Notes: generated from the letters alone by a model not told the origin. A stretch of DNA of 40,442 nt from Comamonadaceae bacterium (GCA_947452725.1 CANGEG010000001.1:1-40442), one strand, 5' to 3'. Counted from the stretch's first letter, positions 28,480-40,020 are shown. Translations and numbers: made by a program.

Positions 28480-28517
28480 AACAAAACCCCCTTGGCTTGC
28501 GCCTTGGGGGTTTTGTT
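28480..28517. terminator. Bidirectional intrinsic terminator between convergent DUF2892 and acnB
   Basis: AACAAAACCCCC-tt-GGC-ttgc-GCC-tt-GGGGGTTTTGTT; GCAA tetraloop on the acnB strand; T-rich tails on both strands. Confidence 0.8.
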
Positions 28518-28535
28518 CATTCGCAGGCTTACCGT

Positions 28536-31127
28536 TTAAGCGGCCACGCCTTTGGCATTTTCCACATACTCTTCAATCTGATTGAAGTTCAGATACTTGT
28601 AGATCGCGGCGCCGTCTTTGTTCACCACACCCATGGCTTCGTGGTACTCGGCCACTGTCGGGAACTTGCCCATTTTCGAAGTGATGGCGGCCAACTCGGC
28701 GGAAGCCAAGTACACGTTCGTGTTCTTACCCAAACGGTTCGGGAAGTTGCGTGTCGAGGTGGACACCACGGTCGCACCTTCGCGCACTTGGGCTTGGTTG
28801 CCCATGCACAAAGAGCAACCTGGCATTTCGGTTCGCGCACCGGCTGTGCCGAACGCGGCGTAATGGCCTTCTTTGATCAACTCGCTCTCGTCCATCTTGG
28901 TCGGCGGTGCCACCCACAGCTTAACGGGGATATCGCGCTGGCCGCCGAGCAGCTTGGCTGCGGCGCGAAAGTGACCGATGTTGGTCATGCAGGACCCGAT
29001 AAAGGCTTCGTCAATGTGCGTACCAGCCACTTCAGACAGGAACTTGGCATCATCCGGGTCGTTGGGGCAGCAGACGATAGGCTCCTTGATGTCGGCCAGA
29101 TCGATCTCGATGATGTGCGCGTATTCCGCGTTCTTATCAGCTTCGAGCAAATCAGGCGCGGCCAACCAAGCTTCGACTTTTTCAATACGTCGGGCCAAGG
29201 TGCGCGCATCTTTGTAGTCGTCGGCGATCATGTTCTTCATCAAGACCACGTTCGACTTGAGGTACTCGGCCACAGGCTCTTTGTTGAGCTTGATCGAGCA
29301 ACCGGCGGCAGAACGCTCGGCCGACGCGTCAGACAATTCAAACGCCTGCTCGACTTTAAGGTTGGGCAAGCCTTCGATTTCCAAAATGCGCCCCGAGAAC
29401 TCGTTGATCTTGCCGGCCTTGGCCACCGTCAAGAGGCCTTGCTTGATGGCGTACAGCGGGATGGCGTGCACCAGGTCACGCAGGGTCACGCCGGGCTGCA
29501 TTTCACCTTTGAAGCGCACCAGGATGGACTCGGGCATATCCAAAGGCATCACGCCGGTAGCGGCGCCGAAAGCCACCAGACCGGAGCCGGCGGGGAAAGA
29601 AATACCAATGGGGAAACGGGTGTGCGAATCGCCGCCAGTGCCGACGGTGTCAGGCAACAACAGGCGGTTGAGCCAAGAGTGAATCACGCCGTCTCCAGGG
29701 CGCAGGGCTACGCCGCCACGGTTGCTGATAAAGGCTGGCAGTTCGCGGTGGGTTTTCACGTCCACCGACTTGGGGTAAGCGGCAGTGTGGCAGAACGATT
29801 GCATTACCATGTCGGCCGAGAAACCCAGGCAAGCCAAGTCTTTCAACTCGTCGCGTGTCATTGGGCCTGTGGTGTCTTGCGAACCCACAGTGGTCATCTT
29901 GGGTTCGCAGTAAGTGCCGGGACGAACGCCCTGGCCTTCAGGCAAACCGACTGCGCGACCCACCATTTTTTGTGCCAGCGTGAAACCGGCCTTGGTGGAA
30001 ATAGGCGCTGTGGGCAAGCGGAACACTGTCGAGACAGGCAAGCTCAAGAACTCACGGGCCTTGGCGGTCAGGCTGCGGCCAATGATCAAGTTGATACGGC
30101 CACCTGCGCGCACTTCGTCAAACAGCACATCGCTTTTGAGTTGGAAGGTGGTGACGGTTTCACCGTTACGCACAATCTTGCCCTCGTAGGGCAACACATC
30201 AACCACATCACCCATGTTCAAGGCGGTCACGTCCACTTCGATGGGCAAAGCGCCCGAGTCTTCCTGCGTATTGAAGAAGATGGGGGCAATCTTGCCGCCC
30301 AAAGTCACACCACCGAAACGCTTATTAGGCACAAAAGGAATGTCTTCGCCAAAGCCCCAGATGATGCTGTTGGTCGCCGACTTGCGTGAAGAGCCTGTAC
30401 CGACCACGTCGCCGACATAGGACACCAGGTTGCCTTTTTTCTTCAGCTCTTCAATCATGGCCATGGGGCCGCGCTTGCCATCGTCTTCTGGCTTAAACGG
30501 TGCACCTTCCCGTGTGTTCTTCAGCATGGCCAGGTAGTGCAATGGAATGTCAGGGCGGCTCCAGGCATCGGGCGCAGGTGACAGATCGTCGGTGTTGGTT
30601 TCACCTGGCACCTTGAACACGGTAATGGTGATTTTTTTCTCTACTTCAGGGCGGCTGGTGAACCACTCGGCATCGGCCCAGCTTTGCATCACTTCTTTGG
30701 CCTTGGCGTTACCGGCCTTGGCTTTGTCGGCGACATCGTTGAAGAAATCGAACATCAACAAAGTTTTCTTCAAGGCTTGCGCAGCCACAGTAGCCACTTC
30801 AGCGTCGTCGAGCAACTCGATCAAGGGGTGCACGTTGTAGCCGCCCACCATGGTGCCGAGCAATTCGGTGGCCTTGGATTTGGAGATTAAACCCACTTTG
30901 ATTTCGCCATGGGCCACAGCAGCCAGGAACGAGGCCTTGACTTTGGCAGCATCGTCCACGCCCGGTGGCACGCGGTGGGTTAACAAGTCCATCAGAAAAG
31001 CGTCTTCACCGGCGGGTGGCGCTTTGAGCAACTCGATCAGTTCGGCAGTTTGCTTGGCATCCAGCGGCAATGGCGGGATCCCCAACGCAGCGCGTTCGGC
31101 AGCGTGGTCTCGGTAGGCGTTCAACAT
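28536..31127 (-). CDS. acnB: Aconitate hydratase B (bifunctional aconitate hydratase 2 / 2-methylisocitrate dehydratase)
   Basis: [66 protein letters not shown]. Confidence 0.97.
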   Translation of the reverse strand: MLNAYRDHAAERAALGIPPLPLDAKQTAELIELLKAPPAGEDAFLMDLLTHRVPPGVDDAAKVKASFLAAVAHGEIKVGLISKSKATELLGTMVGGYNVHPLIELLDDAEVATVAAQALKKTLLMFDFFNDVADKAKAGNAKAKEVMQSWADAEWFTSRPEVEKKITITVFKVPGETNTDDLSPAPDAWSRPDIPLHYLAMLKNTREGAPFKPEDDGKRGPMAMIEELKKKGNLVSYVGDVVGTGSSRKSATNSIIWGFGEDIPFVPNKRFGGVTLGGKIAPIFFNTQEDSGALPIEVDVTALNMGDVVDVLPYEGKIVRNGETVTTFQLKSDVLFDEVRAGGRINLIIGRSLTAKAREFLSLPVSTVFRLPTAPISTKAGFTLAQKMVGRAVGLPEGQGVRPGTYCEPKMTTVGSQDTTGPMTRDELKDLACLGFSADMVMQSFCHTAAYPKSVDVKTHRELPAFISNRGGVALRPGDGVIHSWLNRLLLPDTVGTGGDSHTRFPIGISFPAGSGLVAFGAATGVMPLDMPESILVRFKGEMQPGVTLRDLVHAIPLYAIKQGLLTVAKAGKINEFSGRILEIEGLPNLKVEQAFELSDASAERSAAGCSIKLNKEPVAEYLKSNVVLMKNMIADDYKDARTLARRIEKVEAWLAAPDLLEADKNAEYAHIIEIDLADIKEPIVCCPNDPDDAKFLSEVAGTHIDEAFIGSCMTNIGHFRAAAKLLGGQRDIPVKLWVAPPTKMDESELIKEGHYAAFGTAGARTEMPGCSLCMGNQAQVREGATVVSTSTRNFPNRLGKNTNVYLASAELAAITSKMGKFPTVAEYHEAMGVVNKDGAAIYKYLNFNQIEEYVENAKGVAA

Positions 31128-31173
31128 GGTTTACTCCTGTCTGTCAAAGTGAAATTAAAAAAGGGGAAAGAGT

Positions 31174-31638
31174 TTATCGGCCCATGCCTGTCGTGTCGAT
31201 CAGGCTGGGCGGAGGGTTATTGACCATTTCCTTGGCAAAGGCCAATTGATCTGGGTGCGCGCATTCGTCGGCCACACGACGACCATTTTTTTGGTCCATC
31301 AACATCGATTTATTGGCCAGCTGCAACCACACGGCGCCGGCTTTGGCGTCCTCCAACCGGATGGCGCCCGTGGTGGTGGTGACCGCCTTCATGCGGTAGT
31401 GAAAGCCTTTGCCAATCACATTGAAATAACCGGGCGCAGCCGGGTCACGGGCAAGTCGGACGGAAGCCCCCAACTCGCAAGGCAATTGCCCCACATGCAC
31501 ACGTTGGGCGATTTCAATGGACGCTTCAGAGACCGACTCTTCATGGATCGGTAAAGGGCGTTTGGCCGCGGAGGCAGATTGCGACCAGGCAGGGATGCAA
31601 AGTGCGGATAAAAGTATGCAGGCGATTTGTGTTTTCAT
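31174..31638 (-). CDS. Hypothetical secreted/periplasmic protein
   Basis: Signal peptide, LPCELG...WLQLANKSMLM...RVADEC; GGAG RBS; fills the gap between the citE-like gene and acnB on the same strand. Confidence 0.75.
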   Translation of the reverse strand: MKTQIACILLSALCIPAWSQSASAAKRPLPIHEESVSEASIEIAQRVHVGQLPCELGASVRLARDPAAPGYFNVIGKGFHYRMKAVTTTTGAIRLEDAKAGAVWLQLANKSMLMDQKNGRRVADECAHPDQLAFAKEMVNNPPPSLIDTTGMGR

Positions 31639-31671
31639 GGGTATCTCCGGTGGTGATGCATCCGTTGGAGC

Positions 31672-32709
31672 TCAATGCAACTGAAAATACATTTTGATCT
31701 CTGGCGGCAGCACGCGTCCAGTGTGGTGCGCGCGTTCGATAATGTGCCAAAAATAGCGATAGCTGGCACGATCGTGCAACTGTCCCTGGTAACTGATAGG
31801 CGCCCAGTCAGCGGCTTGCGCGGCCAACACAATGGTGCAAGCCAATTCAATGTCAGCTTCATCTGGAGCCATGGCCTCCAAGATCGGGCGAATTTGCGCC
31901 GGGTGAATGCTCCACATGCGGGTGTAGCCAAACTCATTCGCGGCACGCGCTGCAGCAGCGCGCATTACCTGCACGTCATTGAACTCGGTCACCACGCAAT
32001 GAGCAGGCACTTTGCCATGGGCATGGCAAGCGCTGGAAATTTCAAGTTTGGCGCGCACTACCAAGGGGTGTGTGAATTGACCCAGGGCCCCCATACCGTG
32101 AGAGGGAATCGCGCCGCCGTGGGCGGAGACGAAATCCATCAAGCCAAAACTGAGCGACTGCACACGCGGGTGAGCCGCAATTTCAAAAGCACGGTGCACG
32201 GCCGCCGGCGATTCAATCAAAACGTGCAGCGGAAGATTGTGCGCGCCGGCTTGAATTAACGCCTGTTCAGCCAGCACCACATCGGCCAGTGACTCCACTT
32301 TGGGCACCATGATGTGCACCAAGCGCGAGGCCGCTTGACCGGCGATGGTGGCGATATCGGCTTGAAAACTGGGGTGGTCGACAGGATGCACGCGCGCTGC
32401 CACACGTGCATCAGGCGCAGCATGCAGGGCCAGCTCGGTGACCAGCGCGGCATGCTCGACTTCGCCGCCAACACGGGCGCCGTCTTCACAATCTAGAGTG
32501 ACATCAAAGACGCAGGTGCCAAACTCTTGCGTCATTTCAGCTTGCAACTGCAAACTTTTGCGCATGCGCAATTCAACACCGCTGTAATGGTCACAAACCG
32601 GCAGCTGAACGCCCGCCGCCTGAACACCCAGCAAAACGTCACGCGGATGAAGCAAAGAAGCACCCACGCTGTGGACGGCGTGGAAGGCGCTTTCCTCAGC
32701 AGTGCTCAT
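31672..32709 (-). CDS. HpcH/HpaI aldolase / citrate lyase beta (CitE-like) family protein
   Basis: LDCEDGA, MVPKVES, VLIES, SFGLMDF, MWSIHPAQI; start 32709 (ATG) or 32727 (GTG). Confidence 0.88.
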   Translation of the reverse strand: MSTAEESAFHAVHSVGASLLHPRDVLLGVQAAGVQLPVCDHYSGVELRMRKSLQLQAEMTQEFGTCVFDVTLDCEDGARVGGEVEHAALVTELALHAAPDARVAARVHPVDHPSFQADIATIAGQAASRLVHIMVPKVESLADVVLAEQALIQAGAHNLPLHVLIESPAAVHRAFEIAAHPRVQSLSFGLMDFVSAHGGAIPSHGMGALGQFTHPLVVRAKLEISSACHAHGKVPAHCVVTEFNDVQVMRAAAARAANEFGYTRMWSIHPAQIRPILEAMAPDEADIELACTIVLAAQAADWAPISYQGQLHDRASYRYFWHIIERAHHTGRVLPPEIKMYFQLH

Positions 32710-32736
32710 CTTTGCTCTATCCTGCACGAAAGGTGA

Positions 32737-33723
32737 TCAGACCAAGTGGGCCACGCCCGCTTGCTCGTCGGTCAACTCTTTCAGGGTCTTGTCAATGCAG
32801 CCTTGGCTGAAGGCGTCGATTTCCAGACCTTCAACGACTTTGTATTCGCCGTTCTCGCACGTCACAGGAAAGCCGAACATGACATCCTTGGGAATGCCGT
32901 ACCAGCCTTGCGATGGGATACCCATGGTGACCCACTTGCCGTTGGTGCCCAACGCCCAATCGCGCATGTGATCGATGGCCGCGTTGGCAGCCGATGCAGC
33001 CGAGCTCAAGCCACGGGCTTCAATGATGGCCGCACCGCGCTTACCGACGGTGGGCAAAAACACGTTGGCGTTCCACTCTTGGTCGTTGATCATGGTCTTG
33101 ACCGACTCGCCCTTGATGGTGGCGAAACGGTAGTCGGCGTACATGGTCGGCGAGTGGTTGCCCCAGACGCACAGTTTTTCGATGTCGGCGACAGCTTTGC
33201 CGGTCTTTGCTGCAATTTGCGAAGCAGCGCGATTGTGGTCCAAACGCAGCATGGCGGTGAAGTTGCCCGGCTTCAAGTCAGGCGCAGCCTTCATGGCAAT
33301 GTAAGCGTTGGTGTTAGCTGGGTTGCCCACCACCAGCACTTTGACATTGCGCGAAGCCACCGCGTTCAATGCTTTGCCTTGTGCCGTAAAGATAGCACCG
33401 TTGATCGCGAGCAACTCAGCGCGCTCCATGCCAGGGCCACGTGGACGTGAACCGACCAACAAAGCGTAATCGACGTCTTTGAATGCGGTCATAGGGTCGC
33501 CATGGGCTTCCATGCCAACCAACAATGGGAAGGCGCAGTCTTCAAGTTCCATCATCACGCCGCGAAGGGCTTTTTGTGGTCCTTCGACGGGCACTTCCAG
33601 CAATTGCAAGATTACCGGCTGATCTTTGCCCAACATTTCGCCAGAGGCGATGCGAAACAGTAAAGCGTATCCAATTTGGCCAGCAGCGCCGGTAACGGCA
33701 ACGCGAACAGGTTTTTTGCTCAT
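32737..33723 (-). CDS. mdh: Malate dehydrogenase
   Basis: [54 protein letters not shown]; GGAG RBS. Confidence 0.97.
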   Translation of the reverse strand: MSKKPVRVAVTGAAGQIGYALLFRIASGEMLGKDQPVILQLLEVPVEGPQKALRGVMMELEDCAFPLLVGMEAHGDPMTAFKDVDYALLVGSRPRGPGMERAELLAINGAIFTAQGKALNAVASRNVKVLVVGNPANTNAYIAMKAAPDLKPGNFTAMLRLDHNRAASQIAAKTGKAVADIEKLCVWGNHSPTMYADYRFATIKGESVKTMINDQEWNANVFLPTVGKRGAAIIEARGLSSAASAANAAIDHMRDWALGTNGKWVTMGIPSQGWYGIPKDVMFGFPVTCENGEYKVVEGLEIDAFSQGCIDKTLKELTDEQAGVAHLV

Positions 33724-33853
33724 GGTGTGAACTCCAGAAGTGTTGTGAAAGAGGTATCGCAGCCCCCCATCCGGCACGCTGCCAGCGGGGCTGTCCGGCA
33801 AGCCGGCCCAAAGCGCACAAAAAACAATCTGTGCGTACTGCAAACAGCTCCCG

Positions 33854-33883
33854 AGTGTACCCGCGAAAACCCTGCCCAGTCAA
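33854..33883 (-). promoter_or_regulatory. Sigma70-like promoter for mdh
   Basis: Minus strand TTGACT (33878-33883), 18 nt spacer, TACACT (33854-33859). Confidence 0.6.
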
Positions 33884-33885
33884 TC

Positions 33886-33909
33886 TGTCTTATGTCTTAT
33901 ATAAGATAT
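33886..33909. promoter_or_regulatory. Operator for the adjacent GntR regulator (TGTCTTATGTCTTATATAAGATAT)
   Basis: Perfect palindrome TCTTATATAAGA 33895-33906 plus direct repeat TGTCTTA x2, in the mdh/gntR divergent region. Confidence 0.7.
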
Positions 33910-33987
33910 GATTCCCCAAATAAGTGCTTAAATAAGCCGTTTCTCTGTTTTGCATGACGTTTCGCATTCGCTGCCGTACACCCACCG

Positions 33988-34773
33988 ATGAATCACACCG
34001 CCACTTCCGCTGCAGCCATCTCTGGCGCCCCCGATGCTCTGGCACCGGCGCCCGCATTCAGCCCGTTGTACCAACAAATCAAAGGGCTGATTTTGCAAGG
34101 CCTGCAGTCCGGCGAATGGAAACCGGGGGAGGTCATTCCCAGTGAAATTGAATTGGCCGCGCGCTTTCGGGTAAGTCAAGGCACGGTGCGCAAAGCTATT
34201 GACGCTTTGGCCGGAGACCACTTACTGGTGCGCCGTCAAGGCAAAGGTACTTTTGTCGCCACACATGCAGAGCACCATGTGCAATACCGTTTTTTGAAAT
34301 TGCAACCCGACAACGGCGACCTGAACAGCGAGGGCCCGGCACAGCGAGAAATCGTCGACTGCAAGCGCATGCGCGCTACCGCTGAAGTGGCCCGTGCCCT
34401 GGCCCTGCGCACAGGTGACGCGGCGCTGCAAGTTCGCCGCGTACTTTCGTTTTCAGGCGTACCCACGATTTTGGAAGATCTCTGGTTGCCCGGCGCCCAA
34501 TTCAAAGGTTTGACCGCAGACCGCTTAGCCGACTACCACGGCCCGATGTACGCCCTGTTCGAAACCGAATTTGGCGTGCGCATGGTGCGCGCCGAAGAAA
34601 AAATTCGCGCCGTGCTGCCCGACCCCGCCCAGTGCAGACTGCTGCAAGTCACCCCTGGGACGCCTTTGATGAGTGTAGAGCGTGTGGCCTACACCTACAA
34701 CGACACGCCGATGGAGCTGCGCCGCGGCCTGTACCGCACTGACACGCACCACTACCACAACAAGCTGAGCTGA
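33988..34773 (+). CDS. GntR (HutC/UTRA subfamily) transcriptional regulator of the TCA cluster
   Basis: PLYQQIK, IPSEIELAARFRVSQGTVRKA, RRQGKGTFV, UTRA domain; located between mdh and sdhC. Confidence 0.92.
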   Translation: MNHTATSAAAISGAPDALAPAPAFSPLYQQIKGLILQGLQSGEWKPGEVIPSEIELAARFRVSQGTVRKAIDALAGDHLLVRRQGKGTFVATHAEHHVQYRFLKLQPDNGDLNSEGPAQREIVDCKRMRATAEVARALALRTGDAALQVRRVLSFSGVPTILEDLWLPGAQFKGLTADRLADYHGPMYALFETEFGVRMVRAEEKIRAVLPDPAQCRLLQVTPGTPLMSVERVAYTYNDTPMELRRGLYRTDTHHYHNKLS

Positions 34774-34825
34774 TCGCGGCTGGATTTTAAAATTAAAGCT
34801 CTTTGCTGAAATGCTCACGTCAGTT

Positions 34826-34844
34826 TGCTGCGTTGCAATAGAAT
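34826..34844 (+). promoter_or_regulatory. TGCTGCGTTGCA box adjoining a TAGAAT -10 upstream of sdhC
   Basis: TGCTGCGTTGCA 34826-34837, TAGAAT 34839-34844; same core as the box at 16192. Confidence 0.45.
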
Positions 34845-34891
34845 CCGATGGTTTGTCTCTGGTTACCGCCTCGTTACTCACAGGAAAAAAT

Positions 34892-35323
34892 ATGACTGAA
34901 CTCGCCCGTAAGCGGCCTGAATTTCGCAACATCAACGCACTGACAGACCTGCCCACATACCGTTTGCCCCCCGCAGGGTGGGTTTCCATCTTGCACCGCA
35001 TCAGTGGTCTGTTGATGTTTGCGCTGATGCCTTTCATCATCTGGATGTTTGACAACTCCATCACCTCCGAAATCTCTTTCGCCAAATTCACCGCCGTGTT
35101 CAACGTTGGCTGCAGCTTTGTGCCGGGCTGGATCATGAAGCTGGTGGCCCTGGCTTTAATTTGGGCTTACCTGCACCACTTCATTGCGGGTATCCGTCAC
35201 CTGTACATGGACGTGAACCACGCCGTGAGCAAAGAGTTTGGCAAGTCTTCGGCTTTGGTCACTTTGACTCTGAGCCTGGGTCTGACCGCCGTGCTGGGCG
35301 CCAAGTTGTTCGGCCTTTACTGA
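34892..35323 (+). CDS. sdhC: Succinate dehydrogenase cytochrome b556 subunit
   Basis: SILHRISG, YLHHFIAGIRHL; CAGGA RBS. Confidence 0.95.
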   Translation: MTELARKRPEFRNINALTDLPTYRLPPAGWVSILHRISGLLMFALMPFIIWMFDNSITSEISFAKFTAVFNVGCSFVPGWIMKLVALALIWAYLHHFIAGIRHLYMDVNHAVSKEFGKSSALVTLTLSLGLTAVLGAKLFGLY

Positions 35324-35345
35324 AGAAAAACAAGGAATAAAACCT

Positions 35346-35714
35346 ATGTCATCCGTCAATTACGGCTCCAAGCGCATCGTCACCGGTGCTGGTTATGGCT
35401 TTCGCGACTGGCTGGGCCAACGTGTCACAGCAGCCTTGATGGCGCTGTTTACCGTCATCTTGTTGGCTCAAGTCATCTTCACCTCCGGCCCGATCGGTTA
35501 TGAAGAGTGGGCCGGTATTTTTGCTTCGCAATGGATGAAAGTGCTGACTTTCACCGTGATTCTGGCTTTGCTGTTTCACGTCTGGGTGGGCGTTCGCGAT
35601 ATCTGGATGGATTACATCAAGCCCGTCGGTGTCCGTCTGGTCTTGCACATCGCATCCCTTGTTTGGTTGCTCGGCTGTGCCGGCTGGGCCATCCAAGTGC
35701 TGTGGCGTCTTTGA
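35346..35714 (+). CDS. sdhD: Succinate dehydrogenase hydrophobic anchor subunit
   Basis: DWLGQRVTA, HVWVGVRDIWMDY. Confidence 0.95.
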   Translation: MSSVNYGSKRIVTGAGYGFRDWLGQRVTAALMALFTVILLAQVIFTSGPIGYEEWAGIFASQWMKVLTFTVILALLFHVWVGVRDIWMDYIKPVGVRLVLHIASLVWLLGCAGWAIQVLWRL

Positions 35715-35760
35715 TCACATCATCTATCGCACCGTTCCTGTTTTCAAATCAATATTCACT

Positions 35761-37560
35761 ATGACATATTCCAAAGACAAGATCGCCAAACGTAAATTTG
35801 ACGTGGTCATCATCGGCGCTGGCGGCTCCGGCATGCGCGCGTCCTTACAACTCGCTCGCGCTGGCCTGAATGTGGCGGTGCTCTCTAAAGTGTTCCCTAC
35901 CCGCTCGCACACCGTGGCGGCGCAAGGCGGCATCGGCGCTTCGCTGGGCAACATGAACGAAGACAACTGGCACTACCACTTCTATGACACCGTCAAAGGC
36001 TCCGACTGGCTCGGCGACCAAGACGCGATTGAATTCATGTGCCGTGAAGCCCCCAAGGTCGTTTACGACTTGGAGCACATGGGCATGCCTTTTGACCGCA
36101 ACCCAGACGGCACGATTTACCAGCGCCCCTTCGGCGGTCACACCGCCAATTACGGCGAAAAAGCCGTCGAACGCGCCTGCGCTGCCGCTGACCGCACAGG
36201 CCACGCCATGTTGCACACCCTGTACCAACAAAACGTCGCCGCCAAGACCACTTTCTTTGTGGAATGGATGGCCCTCGACTTAATCCGAGACTCCGATGGT
36301 GACGTGGTCGGCGTGACCGCCCTGGAAATGGAAACCGGCGAGCTGTACACGCTTGAAGCCAAGACCACCATGCTTGCCACCGGCGGCGCAGGTCGGATTT
36401 TTGCGGCCTCAACCAACGCCTTCATCAACACCGGCGACGGTTTGGGTATGGCGGCGCGTGCCGGCCTGGCTTTGGAAGACATGGAGTTCTGGCAATTCCA
36501 CCCCACCGGCGTGGCCGGTGCTGGTGTATTGCTGACCGAAGGCTGCCGCGGCGAAGGTGCGATTTTGCGCAACAGCAACGGCGAACGCTTCATGGAGCGT
36601 TACGCCCCTGCCTACAAAGATTTGGCACCGCGTGACTATGTATCGCGCTGCATGGACCAAGAAATCAAAGAAGGTCGCGGATGCGGTCCAAATAAGGACT
36701 ACATCAACCTTGACATGACCCACTTGGGCGCCGAAACCATCATGAAGCGTTTGCCTTCGGTGTTTGAAATTGGCCACAACTTTGCCAACGTTGACATCAC
36801 CAAAGAGCCGATCCCCGTGATTCCGACCATCCACTACCAAATGGGCGGCATCCCGACCAACATCAATGGTCAAGTGGTGACGCAAGACGCCAACAACCAA
36901 AGCGTGGTGGTGAACGGTTTGTACGCAGTGGGTGAATGCTCTTGCGTCTCGGTGCACGGCGCCAACCGCTTGGGTACTAACTCCTTGCTCGACTTGCTGG
37001 TATTTGGCCGCGCAGCTGGCAATCATATTGTTGACTTCCATAGCAAAGTAAAAACCCACAAGCCATTGCCAGAGAACGCTGCAGACTTGTCTTTGGAACG
37101 CCTGAACCGCCTAGAAACAGCCAGCGATGGCGAGTACGCCCAAGACGTGGCCAACGACATCCGAGATGCGATGCAGCAACACGCGAGCGTGTTCCGCACC
37201 CAAGCCATGATGGACGAAGGCGTGCAAGCCATTGCTAATTTGCGCGATCGCGTCGGCAAGATCGGACTGAAAGATAAATCCAAGGTGTTTAACACTGCGC
37301 GCATTGAAGCGCTGGAAGTCGAAAACCTGATCGAAGCCGCCCAAGCCACTATCGTCTCGGCCGCTGCTCGCAAAGAAAGCCGCGGCGCACACACCGTGAA
37401 CGATTATGGCGACACCCCCGAGCATCCGAACGGCCGTAACGACCAAGACTGGCACAAACACACCTTGTGGCACAAAGAAGGCAATGCACTGACTTACAAG
37501 CCCGTGCAAATGAAGCCACTGACCGTTGAGAGCATCAAGCTCCAGACCCGTACTTTCTGA
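35761..37560 (+). CDS. sdhA: Succinate dehydrogenase flavoprotein subunit
   Basis: GAGGSG, RSHTVAAQGG (FAD-binding His), QFHPTG, TEGCRGEG, HYQMGG, HGANRLGTNSLLD. Confidence 0.97.
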   Translation: MTYSKDKIAKRKFDVVIIGAGGSGMRASLQLARAGLNVAVLSKVFPTRSHTVAAQGGIGASLGNMNEDNWHYHFYDTVKGSDWLGDQDAIEFMCREAPKVVYDLEHMGMPFDRNPDGTIYQRPFGGHTANYGEKAVERACAAADRTGHAMLHTLYQQNVAAKTTFFVEWMALDLIRDSDGDVVGVTALEMETGELYTLEAKTTMLATGGAGRIFAASTNAFINTGDGLGMAARAGLALEDMEFWQFHPTGVAGAGVLLTEGCRGEGAILRNSNGERFMERYAPAYKDLAPRDYVSRCMDQEIKEGRGCGPNKDYINLDMTHLGAETIMKRLPSVFEIGHNFANVDITKEPIPVIPTIHYQMGGIPTNINGQVVTQDANNQSVVVNGLYAVGECSCVSVHGANRLGTNSLLDLLVFGRAAGNHIVDFHSKVKTHKPLPENAADLSLERLNRLETASDGEYAQDVANDIRDAMQQHASVFRTQAMMDEGVQAIANLRDRVGKIGLKDKSKVFNTARIEALEVENLIEAAQATIVSAAARKESRGAHTVNDYGDTPEHPNGRNDQDWHKHTLWHKEGNALTYKPVQMKPLTVESIKLQTRTF

Positions 37561-37573
37561 TCAGGCCAACACC

Positions 37574-38278
37574 ATGACAAAGCGCACGTTCCAAATCTAC
37601 CGCTACAACCCCGACGTTGACACCAAGCCCTACATGCAGACCATTGAGGTCGAATTGGATGGCCACGAGCGCATGCTCTTGGACGCTTTGATGAAACTCA
37701 AAGCCGTGGATCCGACCATTTCGTTCCGACGCTCTTGTCGCGAAGGCGTTTGCGGTTCAGACGCCATGAACATCAATGGTAAAAACGGTCTGGCCTGCTT
37801 GACCAACATGAACACGCTCAAAGGCACCATCGTGCTCAAGCCACTACCTGGCCTGCCGGTGGTGCGCGACGTGATTGTAGACATGACCCAGTTCTTCAAG
37901 CAGTACCACTCGATCAAACCGTACTTGGTCAACGACAGCCAGCCACCCGAAAAAGAGCGCCTGCAGTCGCCTGAAGAGCGCGATGAGCTGAACGGTCTGT
38001 ACGAGTGCATCTTGTGCGCCAGCTGCTCAACCAGCTGCCCTTCATTCTGGTGGAACCCTGACAAGTTCGTGGGCCCCGCCGGTTTGTTGCAAGCCTACCG
38101 CTTCATTGCAGACAGCCGCGACCAAGACACCGCCGGCCGTTTGGACAACTTGGAAGACCCTTACCGCTTGTTCCGCTGCCACACCATCATGAACTGTGTC
38201 GATGTATGCCCCAAGGGTTTAAACCCCACCAAGGCCATTGGCAAGATCAAAGAAATGATGGTTCGCCGCGCGGTCTGA
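37574..38278 (+). CDS. sdhB: Succinate dehydrogenase iron-sulfur subunit
   Basis: SCREGVCGSD, CILCASCSTSCP, CHTIMNCVDVCP. Confidence 0.97.
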   Translation: MTKRTFQIYRYNPDVDTKPYMQTIEVELDGHERMLLDALMKLKAVDPTISFRRSCREGVCGSDAMNINGKNGLACLTNMNTLKGTIVLKPLPGLPVVRDVIVDMTQFFKQYHSIKPYLVNDSQPPEKERLQSPEERDELNGLYECILCASCSTSCPSFWWNPDKFVGPAGLLQAYRFIADSRDQDTAGRLDNLEDPYRLFRCHTIMNCVDVCPKGLNPTKAIGKIKEMMVRRAV

Positions 38279-38285
38279 GCCTCAG

Positions 38286-38597
38286 ATGCTGGACCCGGAC
38301 TACATCGTTGGCGACGCCCAACTCGACGGCCTGGATGCCCAGGCTCCTTTGAGTGAACGCGCCCTGAGCAAGCTGCGCTGGCGCACCCGCCGCGGCCTGC
38401 TGGAAAACGATTTGTTCATAGAGCGCTTCTTTGCCCGGCACGAATCTCGCTTAACCGTTGGACATGCCCGTGGGATTTATGTTTTGATGGATTTAGCCGA
38501 TAACGATTTGATGGATTTGTTTCTTAAGCGCAAACCCTTGTCGCCTGAGATCGCAACACCTGAAGTGTGTGAAGTATTGGACATGCTGCTGGCCTGA
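38286..38597 (+). CDS. sdhE: Succinate dehydrogenase assembly factor 2 (SdhE/YgfY)
   Basis: LRWRTRRGLLENDL (RGxxE motif); position after sdhB. Confidence 0.9.
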   Translation: MLDPDYIVGDAQLDGLDAQAPLSERALSKLRWRTRRGLLENDLFIERFFARHESRLTVGHARGIYVLMDLADNDLMDLFLKRKPLSPEIATPEVCEVLDMLLA

Positions 38598-38641
38598 GGG
38601 GCCATGGGCAATTTAGAAATCATTTTTGAGGAAAAGAAACC

Positions 38642-39946
<1,305 letters not shown>

Positions 39947-39984
39947 GCCGTCCTGCTGGCGACTACAAACCGTCGCTCGCACCC

Positions 39985-40020
39985 AAAAGCCCGCAAAGGT
40001 TCATCTTTTGCGGGCTTTTT
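39985..40020 (+). terminator. Intrinsic terminator after gltA
   Basis: AAAAGCCCGCAAA...TTTGCGGGCTTTTT inverted repeat ending in a T tract. Confidence 0.85.

Noticed and set aside
28497-30389. 630-aa plus-strand ORF antisense to acnB
   Set aside because: Shadow frame of a strongly codon-biased gene; TTG start inside the terminator, no RBS, no recognisable motif
33724-33843. N-terminal extensions given by the ORF track (mdh 33843, argD 16210, iorB 22265, sdhA 35629, sdhC 34811, blc 7410, SIMPL 8059, AtuA-small 11957)
   Set aside because: Downstream ATGs have an RBS, an ATGA overlap or a family-typical N-terminus; the extensions run through promoters or neighbouring genes
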